63,824 nucleotides of DNA, filler included, from Ferroacidibacillus organovorans (GCF_001642725.1; 3 parts of 3 records of this genome joined end to end with filler, not necessarily neighbours in it), one strand, 5' to 3'. Shown: positions 22,357 to 32,169, counted from the first letter of the whole stretch. Made by a program: numbers and translations. Notes: generated from the letters alone by a model not told the origin.

Positions 22357-23151
22357 TCACTTCATCCTATCACGTGAGGCGCGTTGTGCGATGCGAATCT
22401 CTACCCCTTGATCTTCAATGCGACCGCGCATTTCAGGCGTGATTTCATCATCCGTGACAAGAATATCCATCTCATCGAGCCTTCCGATCACCGTGAATGC
22501 GCGAACACCGAGTTTGCTCGAATCCGCGAGCACGATCACCTGCTTCGCCCGCTGCATCATCGTTTGGCGAAGGCGCACCTCGTTCTCATCGAAATCGGTG
22601 AGCCCGACCTCCGGGGAAATGCCGCCGACAGATATAAACGCGCGATCCACATAGTACTTTTGCAGCGCAGACTCTGCCAGCGATCCCGTCAGATACGGTT
22701 CATCCGCCTGCAACTCGCCGCCTGTGACGAGCACCCGACCGACATTTCCGGAGCGCAGCGCAGCCGCAACGATCAAGGATGGCGTAATCACGGTCAAATT
22801 CCGTTTTTCTAATAGATACTGGCTAAACGTATTGATCGTCGTCCCCACATCCAAAAGCAGCGTGTCCCCATCCTCCACTAACGTTGACGCCAGTCTGCCA
22901 ATCGCCTCTTTTTCATGGATGCGATGAATCACGCGCTCCTTGTACTTCGTGACCGGCGCCTGGTGCACGTCGACCGCCCCGCCATAAACGCGTCGTACAA
23001 GTCCTTCACGCTCTAGCAGCTCAAGATCGCGGCGAATCGTTTCCCCCGACACTTGAAACTGTCGCGCAAGCTCCACTGCGCGAACGGATGATTGAACGCG
23101 AACAACCTCTGCGATCGCGCGCATGCGATCAATGGCTAACATCGAATTCAC
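22357..23151 (-). CDS. DeoR/GlpR family regulator
   Basis: VSGETIRRDL..LE, RVYGGA, LDVGTT, DSSKLG. Confidence 0.93.
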   Translation of the reverse strand: MNSMLAIDRMRAIAEVVRVQSSVRAVELARQFQVSGETIRRDLELLEREGLVRRVYGGAVDVHQAPVTKYKERVIHRIHEKEAIGRLASTLVEDGDTLLLDVGTTINTFSQYLLEKRNLTVITPSLIVAAALRSGNVGRVLVTGGELQADEPYLTGSLAESALQKYYVDRAFISVGGISPEVGLTDFDENEVRLRQTMMQRAKQVIVLADSSKLGVRAFTVIGRLDEMDILVTDDEITPEMRGRIEDQGVEIRIAQRASRDRMK

Positions 23152-23992
23152 ACCCTTGTATCACCTGTTCAAACCACGCCCAGTCAACGCCAACATCACC
23201 CGGAGCGTGTGCATCCGAGCCAAACACGAGCGGGATCTCCTCACGAAGCGCGCGCGCCATCCACCACACAGGGACATACGGTCGCCTGCACGTCGCTTTA
23301 CGAAACCCCGCGACGTTGCAATCCACCCCCACACCCGCCGCTTTGATCAGCGGGAGCAGTCTCGTAAGGCGGGCGCGCACAAGTGCGTCGTCAAACGCGG
23401 GAAGCGCGTCGCGAAATTTTTCAATGAGCGCAAGATGGCCCATGCGAACGGGGATTTCTAGCGTCGACGCAAAGGAGATCGCCGCTTCCACATGGTCAAA
23501 ATACACATGGATCACCGACGCAACCGATCCGTAATGTGCGACAAGCCCTTCCATAAAATCTTCGGGAGATAAATCGATACACCTCATCCCCTCGCGCCCA
23601 GGAAGGAAATGGACAGACACGAGAATCTCATCAAGCGCATGCGAAACATGCGCAAGCAGTGTTCGCGTATACGCCTCGCACCCCGGCAAAAAATCAATTT
23701 CAAGCCCCACACGCACGTCGATCTCCCTCGAAAATTGCTGTTTGATCGCAGCCATCTCCACCACATAGCGATCAAGCTCATCGTAAGGCATCGCGAGTTG
23801 ATTCATCACGTCCACGTTTTGCAAATATCCATCCGGCAGCGGCGGGTGTTCCGTAATCGAGTAGCGCTCAAATCCGAGTTCCATCGCGCGCTTGACATAC
23901 TCCTTTACCGATGCGTCCGCGCCGTGTCTACAATAGTGAGTATGGGTGTGCCCATCCCATTTGTAAATGTGTTTCATATCAAGCACACTCAT
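23129..23992 (-). CDS. PHP-family phosphatase (histidinol-phosphatase HisJ-like)
   Basis: DGHTHT, ITEH, SVH, GSDAH metal-binding motifs. Confidence 0.88.
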   Translation of the reverse strand: MSVLDMKHIYKWDGHTHTHYCRHGADASVKEYVKRAMELGFERYSITEHPPLPDGYLQNVDVMNQLAMPYDELDRYVVEMAAIKQQFSREIDVRVGLEIDFLPGCEAYTRTLLAHVSHALDEILVSVHFLPGREGMRCIDLSPEDFMEGLVAHYGSVASVIHVYFDHVEAAISFASTLEIPVRMGHLALIEKFRDALPAFDDALVRARLTRLLPLIKAAGVGVDCNVAGFRKATCRRPYVPVWWMARALREEIPLVFGSDAHAPGDVGVDWAWFEQVIQGCEFDVSH

Positions 23993-24016
23993 TTCTCTTT
24001 TCCATTTATCCTTGAT

Positions 24017-25105
24017 TCAAAGCGCAAGGAGACGCCCTGCAACCTGTTTTTCGATCCGCTGATCGACAAAGCGTACGCCAACGCTCTGCCCGGTGACGAC
24101 AGAGGGCACACGCGAAGACAGCGCGTCGATGAGGACCACGTCTTGCCCCACGCGCACACTCATTCGCGTCACCGCGCCCATAAAAGCGACCGAAAGCACT
24201 TCTGCGCGCGCCGCGCCCTCCTCAAATGCTTCATCAACCATAAGCGATTCTGGGCGTACGCGAAGCGTAAGGCTCTCTTGATGGGCGACTTCTTGATCGG
24301 AGAGCAGCCAGGAAAAGACATGCCCGTTCCACGAAAGCAATACGTGTTGCCCGTGCGCTGCGCGCTCACCGACGGCGAGCACAGAGACCTGAAGTGTATT
24401 GATCGCACCGATAAATGTCGCCGTAAACTCTCCCTGCGGGCGATAGTATACATCGATTGGCGCACCTGCCTGTTCCACACGTCCTTGCGACATGACGACA
24501 ATGCGGTCGCTCAGTTCGAGCGCCTCTTCCTGATCGTGCGTGACCATCAGTGTTGTAACGCCAGTCGTCCGCTGAATCTCTTTTAAAAAGGAGCGCAAAC
24601 TCTGCCTTACTTTCGCGTCGAGTGCGGACAATGGCTCATCGAGCAGAAGAAGCGGTGGATAAAACGACAGCGCGCGCGCGAGTGCGACGCGCTGCCGCTC
24701 ACCGCCGCTGAGTTGGTCTGGCGCGTAGTTTCGGCGGTGTGTCAAGCGCACCAGTTCTAGCAGTTCCTCGACGCGTGCCTTGATCGCGTCCGCCTTCCAC
24801 TTGCGAACGCGCAGCGGAAATGCGATGTTCTCAAACACACTCAGGTTTGGAAATAAGGCGTACGATTGAAACACCATACCGATGTTCCTCTTTTGCGCAG
24901 GCATTCGCGTCACATCGGCGTCATCCATCAGAATCGTCCCGGAAGTCGGTTGTTCGAGGCCTGCGACCATGCGCAAAACGGTTGTCTTCCCCGATCCACT
25001 CGGCCCGAGCAGTGTCACAAACTCACCTTCATCCACATGCATAGACACATCCGTCACCGCTTGCACCGCGCCGAACTTCTTTTGCAGTGATTCAATGCGC
25101 AGCAT
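24017..25105 (-). CDS. ABC transporter ATPase (PotA/AfuC-like)
   Basis: GPSGSGKT, LSGGERQRVALARA, LLLDEP. Confidence 0.93.
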   Translation of the reverse strand: MLRIESLQKKFGAVQAVTDVSMHVDEGEFVTLLGPSGSGKTTVLRMVAGLEQPTSGTILMDDADVTRMPAQKRNIGMVFQSYALFPNLSVFENIAFPLRVRKWKADAIKARVEELLELVRLTHRRNYAPDQLSGGERQRVALARALSFYPPLLLLDEPLSALDAKVRQSLRSFLKEIQRTTGVTTLMVTHDQEEALELSDRIVVMSQGRVEQAGAPIDVYYRPQGEFTATFIGAINTLQVSVLAVGERAAHGQHVLLSWNGHVFSWLLSDQEVAHQESLTLRVRPESLMVDEAFEEGAARAEVLSVAFMGAVTRMSVRVGQDVVLIDALSSRVPSVVTGQSVGVRFVDQRIEKQVAGRLLAL

Positions 25106-25874
25106 CGCGCACCCCCCTGTTCCGTTTCGAAAGTGCAAAAAGTGTGACGAAGACGCCGCCAATGGCGATGCCCATGCCGATAACCGCCATCGCTGCCCCT
25201 GTCAGCGGATTATTCTGAAAGCCAACCTGCAGGTAGATAGGAAGGGTCATGAAGGAGCCACCCGTCGTCAACTGCGTGATCGTAAACTCGCCCATACCGA
25301 TACTGAAAACGAGGATGGAGCCGATCAGAATGCCAGGAGCCATCGCCTGAAATTGAATGCGCCAAAACGATGTCCACGCAGAACCACCTAAGCTTTGCAC
25401 TGCTTCGTGGTAGATCCGAACGTCGGTGTGCCGTAGGCGATTGAGCACTGCCTGAATGTAGTACGGCATGCCAAAAAGCGCAAACGCAAACGGGAGCAGC
25501 GTGGGTGTACCGGCGAGCGCAAACGGCGGATTGCTGAAAAATTGGACGTAAGCAAGCCCTAATACAACGGCGGGCAGCACGAAGGTGACGAAACTGAGCC
25601 CTTCCATCAACCGCATCACGCGCGTGTTAAACAAGTAGCCATACCACAGCGGAGGCGTGAAAAGGGCGATGGCGAGCGCGACACTGATCAGCGAGATTCC
25701 GATCGAGTTCACGAGCGCTTGTTGAAACGATGGATCGGAAAACAGCGCAGCATAGTTCTGCAGCGTGAAAAGTCCCTGATTGTCGATGCTAAAGATCAAG
25801 AGACCGAGCACGGGAATGAGCATCCCGATGAGAAAGACGACGAGAATCGCGCGCGTCAAAAGCTTATGCAGCAC
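25092..25874 (-). CDS. ABC transporter permease
   Basis: 6 TMs, EAVQSLGG EAA loop; RBS AAAGGAGG before GTG. Confidence 0.9.
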   Translation of the reverse strand: MLHKLLTRAILVVFLIGMLIPVLGLLIFSIDNQGLFTLQNYAALFSDPSFQQALVNSIGISLISVALAIALFTPPLWYGYLFNTRVMRLMEGLSFVTFVLPAVVLGLAYVQFFSNPPFALAGTPTLLPFAFALFGMPYYIQAVLNRLRHTDVRIYHEAVQSLGGSAWTSFWRIQFQAMAPGILIGSILVFSIGMGEFTITQLTTGGSFMTLPIYLQVGFQNNPLTGAAMAVIGMGIAIGGVFVTLFALSKRNRGVRDAAH

Positions 25875-26727
25875 GTTGTGCGCGCCCTCCTTTCGCGTGA
25901 AGGTGTGATCGGCGTTGTGCAAACAGATAGAGGAGCACAGCGAGACTCAGGACGATCATCTCCTCCATGGATAGCGCGTCACCGAGACCGAGGTTCATAC
26001 TGACATTGCCGTTGACCATATACCCGATGAGAATGGGGACGAGATTGACGCTGCCGCCAGCCAGTTCGTACGCTGTGACGTACGTCGAGAAGGCATTCGC
26101 AAAAAGGAGCGCAAACGTGCTGACAAGACTCGGGAAAAGCATCGGCAGCGCGACGCGACGAATGTACGTCTGAATTGGCGCGCCAAGCGTGTACACCGCT
26201 TCTTCCCATTCTTTTTTAAGCGATGTGACGGCGGGCAAAAGAAGGATGACTGAAAGCGGAGTCAAAAAGGAGAGATACGCGACGAGCAAACCAGAGAATG
26301 AGGAGAGATTCCAGCCGAGATTGGTAAGATTGACAGAAAAAAGCTGATTGACAAGCAGGGTGAGAATGCCTGATGTCCCGAGTGTCGCCATGAACGCGAC
26401 GGCGAGTGGAAGTCCTGCAAAGTTTGCCATCGTGCTCGACACGGCCATCAGCAGCTTCTGCACCGTCTGTGACTTCACGCGCGCGAGACTCCAAGCTACC
26501 ATGAAACCAAAGAGCGTTGCGATCACGCTGCTATACAGTGAGAGCGAAGAGGTCATCACAAACGCGTTGCCATACTGCGCGGTCATCGTTTGTCGGTAAT
26601 TCGCAATCGTCGCGCCGTGACTTCCAGATAGACTCGCAAAGAGAATGCCGAGTGCAGGGCCTACGGAGAAGATGGCCACAAAGAGAAATACGGGGATAAA
26701 AATCAGCCACCCCACACGTCTGTGCAT
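25864..26727 (-). CDS. ABC transporter permease
   Basis: NFAGLPLA, EAVYTLGA EAA loop. Confidence 0.9.
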   Translation of the reverse strand: MHRRVGWLIFIPVFLFVAIFSVGPALGILFASLSGSHGATIANYRQTMTAQYGNAFVMTSSLSLYSSVIATLFGFMVAWSLARVKSQTVQKLLMAVSSTMANFAGLPLAVAFMATLGTSGILTLLVNQLFSVNLTNLGWNLSSFSGLLVAYLSFLTPLSVILLLPAVTSLKKEWEEAVYTLGAPIQTYIRRVALPMLFPSLVSTFALLFANAFSTYVTAYELAGGSVNLVPILIGYMVNGNVSMNLGLGDALSMEEMIVLSLAVLLYLFAQRRSHLHAKGGRAQRAA

Positions 26728-26788
26728 GCGCTACCTCCTCAAGATGGAGCCGCCGACACACGTAGCGTCGGCGGACTCGTCGATTGAT

Positions 26789-27898
26789 TTATTGGCCAAG
26801 AACCATGGGTGCCCAATCTGCGTTGATCGTGGCTGTCGCCTTCGCAAAAGTGCCCGAGAGAAAGTGGACGTGCGCCATGTTGAGCGCTGGCAGGTGCACG
26901 CTTACTGGAAGTTTAATGTATTTCAAGCGCACAGGGTAGGCTCCACCTTTTGCATACGAGATTTGTCCCGCATTCGAAAACAGGTAGTTATTTAACAAGC
27001 GCGCCGCGTACGGGTGTGGCGCATACTTGTTAATCACTTCGACATACGGTCCCGCCACAGTGCTGTCTTTTGGTACCACCGTTACAATGGAAGGACGTCC
27101 TTGGAACTGCGCGGCGTCTGCCTCAGAGAGATAGTTCCACGTGATCTGGATGCCGACTTGTCCTGTCTTCATCGCGGCGCTGCTTCCAGTCGTCCCTGTC
27201 CAGTTGCCGATCTGATGCAGCTTTTTGAAGAACTGGATACCTGGCATGACGTTGTTCGCATTGCCACCAAACGCGTAAGACGCCGCAATCACTGCGTCAA
27301 ACTGCTCTGCCGCCTGGCGCGGATCGCCAAACCCGATGAGCCCTTTGTACTCCGGCTTCAGAAGATCCTTCCACGTGTGCGGGATTTGCTTAACCATCTT
27401 CGGATTGACTTCAAACGAAATGACGCCGTAGTAGGCGGCCGCCCAATTGCCATTCGGATTTTTTAAGTTGGCCGGAATCTGGTTCCAGTACTGATTCTTA
27501 AATGGCGCGACAACACCCATCTTGACGGCGGTTGGTCCAAACGAGATTCCAATGTCACCGACGTCACCGATCGGATGATTTTTTTCCTTTTGAAACGCTT
27601 GCAATTCTTCTGCCGAGCTCATATTGCCTTCTGCCACATACTGCGTTTGAATGCCATACGTTTTTGAAAAAGATGACCACATGTTTCCAAGGTTGGCCCA
27701 GTTGGACGGCATGCCAAATCCGTGTACCAGTCCTTCTGCCTTCGCTTTGGCCACAATGCCGTTGTTCCAGTTCGTGAGTGACGCGGCCGGCGCGCGATGG
27801 TTTTGCACCTTGTGACTGGATGCGAATGCGGCTGTCGCAGAGAGAATCACAGCGGCAGTAGCGGACAACGCAATGATGGTTGATGCTGATTTTTTCAA
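26789..27898 (-). CDS. ABC transporter substrate-binding protein (AfuA/PotD-like clade)
   Basis: Signal peptide; GMPSNWAN, MSSAEELQAF, GDPRQAA, PHPYAARL motifs. Confidence 0.88.
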   Translation of the reverse strand: MKKSASTIIALSATAAVILSATAAFASSHKVQNHRAPAASLTNWNNGIVAKAKAEGLVHGFGMPSNWANLGNMWSSFSKTYGIQTQYVAEGNMSSAEELQAFQKEKNHPIGDVGDIGISFGPTAVKMGVVAPFKNQYWNQIPANLKNPNGNWAAAYYGVISFEVNPKMVKQIPHTWKDLLKPEYKGLIGFGDPRQAAEQFDAVIAASYAFGGNANNVMPGIQFFKKLHQIGNWTGTTGSSAAMKTGQVGIQITWNYLSEADAAQFQGRPSIVTVVPKDSTVAGPYVEVINKYAPHPYAARLLNNYLFSNAGQISYAKGGAYPVRLKYIKLPVSVHLPALNMAHVHFLSGTFAKATATINADWAPMVLGQ

Positions 27899-27921
27899 TT
27901 CGATCGCTCCTTATTTTCGAT

Positions 27922-28773
27922 TTATAAGCCAAACCATTGTGCTTTGCGCGACGGTGAAAACGGGCGCATCGTCGCGGACGGGACGACTTCAAGAAGATCA
28001 CAAAAGAGTGCGGAAAGCTCCGTCTGCTCGATCGTATCCTGCGTAACACGTGACGACGAAAGACGCTGGCTGATAAGATAAAATGGTGTGATGCGTTCTG
28101 CCTCATCTGGCCCGCCGTGAAAGCCAAACGCGTTCATGCCGTGATCGGCGGTCACGATGATTTGGTACCCTTCCCGCATCCAGACGGGGAGAACGGTTGC
28201 GAGAATGCCATCCATGAACGCTGCACGTCCCGCGTATTCACGCGATTCACCGCCGTGTTTGTGCCCCGCGTGATCACACCCCATCGGATGAATGACCAAA
28301 AGATCAGGGTTTTCTGTGCGACGCATGCGCTCAGCGAGTGCAAAAAGCTGTGCGTCAGGATACTCATCTTGATGATAGAAACGCCCATGGGTGATCCCAG
28401 ACTCGTTATGGTTTTGCTCCACATCGCGCACCAGATCATACGGACCGCGTGAAAACAGCTCGCTCATCCAGTGATAACCGGCGACCGCAGACGTGTGCGA
28501 CGCTTCGGCGAGAACATCGAATACACTTAGCGTCTCTAAACGCGCAGTAGGTTCATTCGTATTGACACCGTGAACCCGCGGTGACGTACCCGTAAAGATG
28601 CTCGCATAGCAGGGGCGAGACAGGCTTGGCAAGACGCTCTTTACACGAGCACGAAGTGCCGCCCCCTCTTCGACAAGCCCCTCCATGTAGCCGAGTTGAC
28701 GCTGCGCGACTTCGTTTGACAAGCCATCGATCAATACAACGATCAAGCGATTTGGGTTTATGCGATCTCCCAT
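27922..28773 (-). CDS. Alkaline phosphatase superfamily (nucleotide pyrophosphatase/phosphodiesterase-like) enzyme
   Basis: LIDGL, PSLSRPCY, DHAGH, TADHGM. Confidence 0.88.
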   Translation of the reverse strand: MGDRINPNRLIVVLIDGLSNEVAQRQLGYMEGLVEEGAALRARVKSVLPSLSRPCYASIFTGTSPRVHGVNTNEPTARLETLSVFDVLAEASHTSAVAGYHWMSELFSRGPYDLVRDVEQNHNESGITHGRFYHQDEYPDAQLFALAERMRRTENPDLLVIHPMGCDHAGHKHGGESREYAGRAAFMDGILATVLPVWMREGYQIIVTADHGMNAFGFHGGPDEAERITPFYLISQRLSSSRVTQDTIEQTELSALFCDLLEVVPSATMRPFSPSRKAQWFGL

Positions 28774-28819
28774 AACCAACCCCCGCAAAAGGAATGTGTA
28801 CTCTTGTGGATCTATCTTC

Positions 28820-28848
28820 ATTCTAGTTGTGTGTTTTGTGGTTTTCAT
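28820..28848 (-). promoter_or_regulatory. Putative sigmaA promoter of the phosphoester uptake operon
   Basis: ATGAAA-N17-TAGAAT on the minus strand. Confidence 0.45.
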
Positions 28849-28889
28849 TGCGTCTTTGTAATTCTTCCGTAAAGACTTGATGAAGAATA

Positions 28890-28958
28890 ATCGAGTAGGA
28901 GGGGGCGCCTAGCCCCCGACCTCTCACACCACCGTACATGCGGGTCCGCATACGGCGG
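28890..28958 (-). mobile_element. 3' end (domains V-VI) of a class C (IIC) group II intron, cut by the contig end
   Basis: Minus strand CCGCCGTATGCGGACCCGCATGTACGGTGGTGTGAGAGG...CCTCCTACTCGAT: CGC triad, short DV, AT terminus. Confidence 0.9.
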
Positions 28959-29058
28959 NNNNNNNNNNNNNNNNNNNNNNNNNNNNNNNNNNNNNNNNNN
29001 NNTTAATTAATTAANNNNNNNNNNNNNNNNNNNNNNNNNNNNNNNNNNNNNNNNNNNN
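28959..29058. other. Artificial contig linker
   Basis: N-run with TTAATTAATTAA (stops in all six frames), 100 nt. Confidence 0.97.
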
Positions 29059-29059
29059 C

Positions 29060-29299
29060 TACATCGCGGCGGGAATCTCGGGTGCGGTGCAGCACCTTGT
29101 CGGCATGCAGCATTCTGACGTGATCGTGGCGATCAACAAAGACCCGGACGCGCCGATTTTTCGCGTGGCAAACTTTGGCATCGTCGGTGACCTTTTTGAG
29201 ATCATCCCTGCGCTCACGAAAACGGTGATTGCACGCCGCGGTCTTCCATTTCCACTGGATCGTAAGACACACGAGGCGGTCAGTGGAGAAGCGGTGTAG
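29060..29299 (+). CDS. fixB: ETF alpha subunit (FixB), C-terminal fragment
   Basis: [16 protein letters not shown]...[11 protein letters not shown]. Confidence 0.9.
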   Translation, partial: YIAAGISGAVQHLVGMQHSDVIVAINKDPDAPIFRVANFGIVGDLFEIIPALTKTVIARRGLPFPLDRKTHEAVSGEAV

Positions 29300-29331
29300 C
29301 GTGCAGTGCCTGAGGAGAGGTGGACTTAGAA

Positions 29332-30636
29332 ATGGCGAACGAGCATTTTGACGCAATCGTTGTCGGCGCAGGCCCTGCGGGCAGCGCCGCCGCCTTTACG
29401 ATGGCAAAGGCGGGACTCTCCGTAGTATTAATGGAACGGGGCGAATTTGCCGGCGCAAAAAACATTTTTGGCGGCGTCATTTATCGCAAACAACTCGAAG
29501 ATATCATCCCGGAATTCTGGAAGGAAGCGCCGCTTGAGCGGGAGATCATCGAACAGCGGATGTGGATGCTCGGTGAACAGTCGGTCGTTACGTTCGGCCA
29601 TCGCAATGAGGCATTCAAGCAGCCGAGCAACTGTTGGACGGGGCTGCGCGTCAAGTTTGATCAGTGGTTTGCGGGAAAAGCAGAGCAGGCTGGCGCTTTG
29701 GCCATTTACGAGACGGTGGCGACGGAGCTGATTCGCGAAGGTGACCGCGTCGTCGGCGTGCGCACAGACCGCGAGGATGGCGATCTGTACGCGAGTGTGG
29801 TGGTTGTCGCAGATGGCGTCAATTCGCTGCTCGGTAAAGCGCTCGGCATTCACCGCGAGTGGGCGCCGGACGAGGTTTCGCTCGCGGTGAAAGAGGTGAT
29901 TGCGCTACCGAAGGAGAAAATCCTAGACCGCTTTAATCTCGAAGGCAATGAAGGCGTGACGATTGAACTGATCGGGCAGACGCACGGCATGGCGGGGCTC
30001 GGTTTTCTCTACACCAATCAAGAGTCGATCTCACTTGGCGTCGGGGTGATGGTCAGCGATTTAAAGAAAAAGAAGATTAAACCCTACCAAGTGCTGGAGG
30101 GCCTCAAAGCGCATCCGATGCTGAAGCGACTCCTGCAAGGCGGAGAGACGAAGGAGTATTCGGGACATCTCATTCCGGAAGGCGGGTATCACAGCATTCC
30201 TTCCCTGTGCGGAAACGGTTGGGTGATCTGTGGTGACGCGGCGCAGTTGGTCAATTTTGTGCATCGCGAAGGGACGAATCTCGCGATGACATCCGGTCGA
30301 TTTGCGGGGGAGGCGATCGTCGAGGCGCACCAGCGCGGAGATTACTCGAAGGCAGGGCTCTCCGGGTATGACCGCCGCATCGCTGCGTCGTTTGTGCACA
30401 AAGACCTGAAAAAATACCAAGGCATGCACGCACTTTTGCGCGATGTCGATCCGACGATCATGTTTGACAAGCTGCCTTACGCGGTGAATGAGGCGGCGTA
30501 TCAAATGCTTCTGGTGGATGGCGTCTCAAAAGCGGAGAAACAGCGCAAGGCACTGCGCGGAATTAAGAACGCAACGGGTGGCTCCATGAATCTCCTGAAA
30601 CTGGGATACAAAGGCTGGAGGGCGATCAACGGATGA
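29332..30636 (+). CDS. fixC: FixC ETF:quinone oxidoreductase flavoprotein
   Basis: VVGAGPAG, ERGEFAGAKN, ADGVNS, EYSGHLIPEGG, HREGTNLAM. Confidence 0.92.
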   Translation: MANEHFDAIVVGAGPAGSAAAFTMAKAGLSVVLMERGEFAGAKNIFGGVIYRKQLEDIIPEFWKEAPLEREIIEQRMWMLGEQSVVTFGHRNEAFKQPSNCWTGLRVKFDQWFAGKAEQAGALAIYETVATELIREGDRVVGVRTDREDGDLYASVVVVADGVNSLLGKALGIHREWAPDEVSLAVKEVIALPKEKILDRFNLEGNEGVTIELIGQTHGMAGLGFLYTNQESISLGVGVMVSDLKKKKIKPYQVLEGLKAHPMLKRLLQGGETKEYSGHLIPEGGYHSIPSLCGNGWVICGDAAQLVNFVHREGTNLAMTSGRFAGEAIVEAHQRGDYSKAGLSGYDRRIAASFVHKDLKKYQGMHALLRDVDPTIMFDKLPYAVNEAAYQMLLVDGVSKAEKQRKALRGIKNATGGSMNLLKLGYKGWRAING

Positions 30637-30914
30637 ACGGAGTCGCGGATCGATTGTACACCATTCGCTTTAAAGTGGATGAAACGTCGCACCTCGTGAT
30701 CGACGACCAGCAAACATGTCTCGCTTGCAAGACAAAGGAGTGTACGCATTTCTGTCCGGCGGATGTGTATGACTGGCACGAGGTAGAGAAAATGACGTCT
30801 GTCGCGTTTGAAAACTGCATTGAGTGCGGAACGTGTCGCATCGGCTGTCCAGAACACAATATCTCGTGGGTGTATCCAAAAGGCGGCCACGGAATCACGT
30901 ACAAGTTCGGTTAG
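30633..30914 (+). CDS. fixX: FixX ferredoxin-like protein
   Basis: C..C....C...CPA and CIECGTCRIGCP, W.YPKGG.G..YKFG. Confidence 0.93.
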   Translation: MNGVADRLYTIRFKVDETSHLVIDDQQTCLACKTKECTHFCPADVYDWHEVEKMTSVAFENCIECGTCRIGCPEHNISWVYPKGGHGITYKFG

Positions 30915-30935
30915 GCGGGGTTTACGTCACGCGAT

Positions 30936-30953
30936 TTTGTGTCATGACACAAA
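30936..30953. promoter_or_regulatory. Perfect 18-bp palindrome upstream of mtnA
   Basis: TTTGTGTCATGACACAAA. Confidence 0.45.
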
Positions 30954-31052
30954 GTGCAAAGCCACGTGATGTTGCGCGGAGATGCTTGGCTACAGTGAGA
31001 GCTTCCCTTCGTGTTATGATAGCTTGATATCATGATGCGGAGGGATTTTAGC

Positions 31053-32087
31053 GTGCACGACGTGCGACCGGTAGAACTGAGGGAAGAGGATGTAAGGCTG
31101 ATCGATCAGCGGATGTTACCTGAGGAACTCGTTTACGTGGATGCAAGGGATGCGCAGGAAACGGCGGAAGCAATTCGCGCGATGGTGGTGCGCGGCGCGC
31201 CGGCGATTGCGATGGCGGGCGCGTTCGGATTTTATCTTGAGGCGAGTCGCCACTTTTCTGAGACACCTGCGAGACTGGAAGAAGTCCTTATGGACGCCCA
31301 AGCGCTGTTGCTCGCGTCGCGGCCGACTGCGGTGAATTTGAGTGGAGCGTTGTCGCGGATGATGGACACCTTTCGCACGCTCGCGCTGCGTGAGGTGAGT
31401 GTGGACGCAATCGTGCGCGGACTGCGTGAAGAGGCGCTCGCGATCCAGGCGGAAGACGAGGTGTCGTGCCGACAGATCGGGGAGCATCTGCTCACACTCT
31501 ATGAAGAGGGCATGGGGGTCTTGACGCACTGCAATACAGGGGGGCTTGCGACGAGTCGCTATGGAACGGCGCTTGCCGGATTCTATCTCGCCAAGGAGCG
31601 CGGGATGGCGCTGCGGGTGTATGCGGATGAGACGCGGCCGTACCTTCAAGGGTCGCGCTTGACGGCGTGGGAGTTGTTGCAGGCGGGCGTTGATGTCACG
31701 GTGATCTGCGACAACATGGCGGCCACGGTCATGGCGCAAGGATTGGTGCGCGCAGTCGTGGTCGGGGCGGATCGCATCGCGGCCAATGGGGATACGGCAA
31801 ACAAGATCGGAACGATGGGGTTGGCAGTTCTGGCGCGCCATTTCGGGATTCCATTCTATGTGGCGGCGCCCACGTCAACGATTGATCCGGTGACGGCGAC
31901 AGGGTCGGGAATTCCAATTGAGACGCGACCGGAGGATGAATTGACCGTGATTCGCGGCGCGCGAATTGCGCCAGTCGGCGTGGCAGCGTACAATCCAGCG
32001 TTTGATGTGACACCGAATGAACTGATCACGGCGATCATTACAGAGACCGGAATCTATCGCGGTCCTTATGCGTTTTTACGCTTGTAA
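31053..32087 (+). CDS. mtnA: S-methyl-5-thioribose-1-phosphate isomerase
   Basis: MVVRGAPAI, SRPTAVNL, LTHCNTGGLAT, ETRPYLQG, NPAFDVTP. Confidence 0.95.
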   Translation: MHDVRPVELREEDVRLIDQRMLPEELVYVDARDAQETAEAIRAMVVRGAPAIAMAGAFGFYLEASRHFSETPARLEEVLMDAQALLLASRPTAVNLSGALSRMMDTFRTLALREVSVDAIVRGLREEALAIQAEDEVSCRQIGEHLLTLYEEGMGVLTHCNTGGLATSRYGTALAGFYLAKERGMALRVYADETRPYLQGSRLTAWELLQAGVDVTVICDNMAATVMAQGLVRAVVVGADRIAANGDTANKIGTMGLAVLARHFGIPFYVAAPTSTIDPVTATGSGIPIETRPEDELTVIRGARIAPVGVAAYNPAFDVTPNELITAIITETGIYRGPYAFLRL

Positions 32088-32169
32088 AAATAAGGATAGA
32101 CAATGTGTGGGATTTGCCTCTATAGTATGGACAGTATGAAATGATGGATCATCGGGAGGTCAACCTTGC

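Noticed and set aside
23609..24586. 325-aa plus-strand ORF across the PHP and ABC ATPase genes
   Set aside because: Antisense to two well-supported genes, and composition is not protein-like
28959..29058. TTAATTAATTAA within N-runs (also 55474-55573) and ORFs running into them
   Set aside because: Artificial contig linker; adjacency across it (e.g. panD next to yyaL) is not biological
29060..30914. fixBCX as evidence of nitrogen fixation
   Set aside because: No nif genes in the window; ETF/FixCX modules are common in non-diazotrophs
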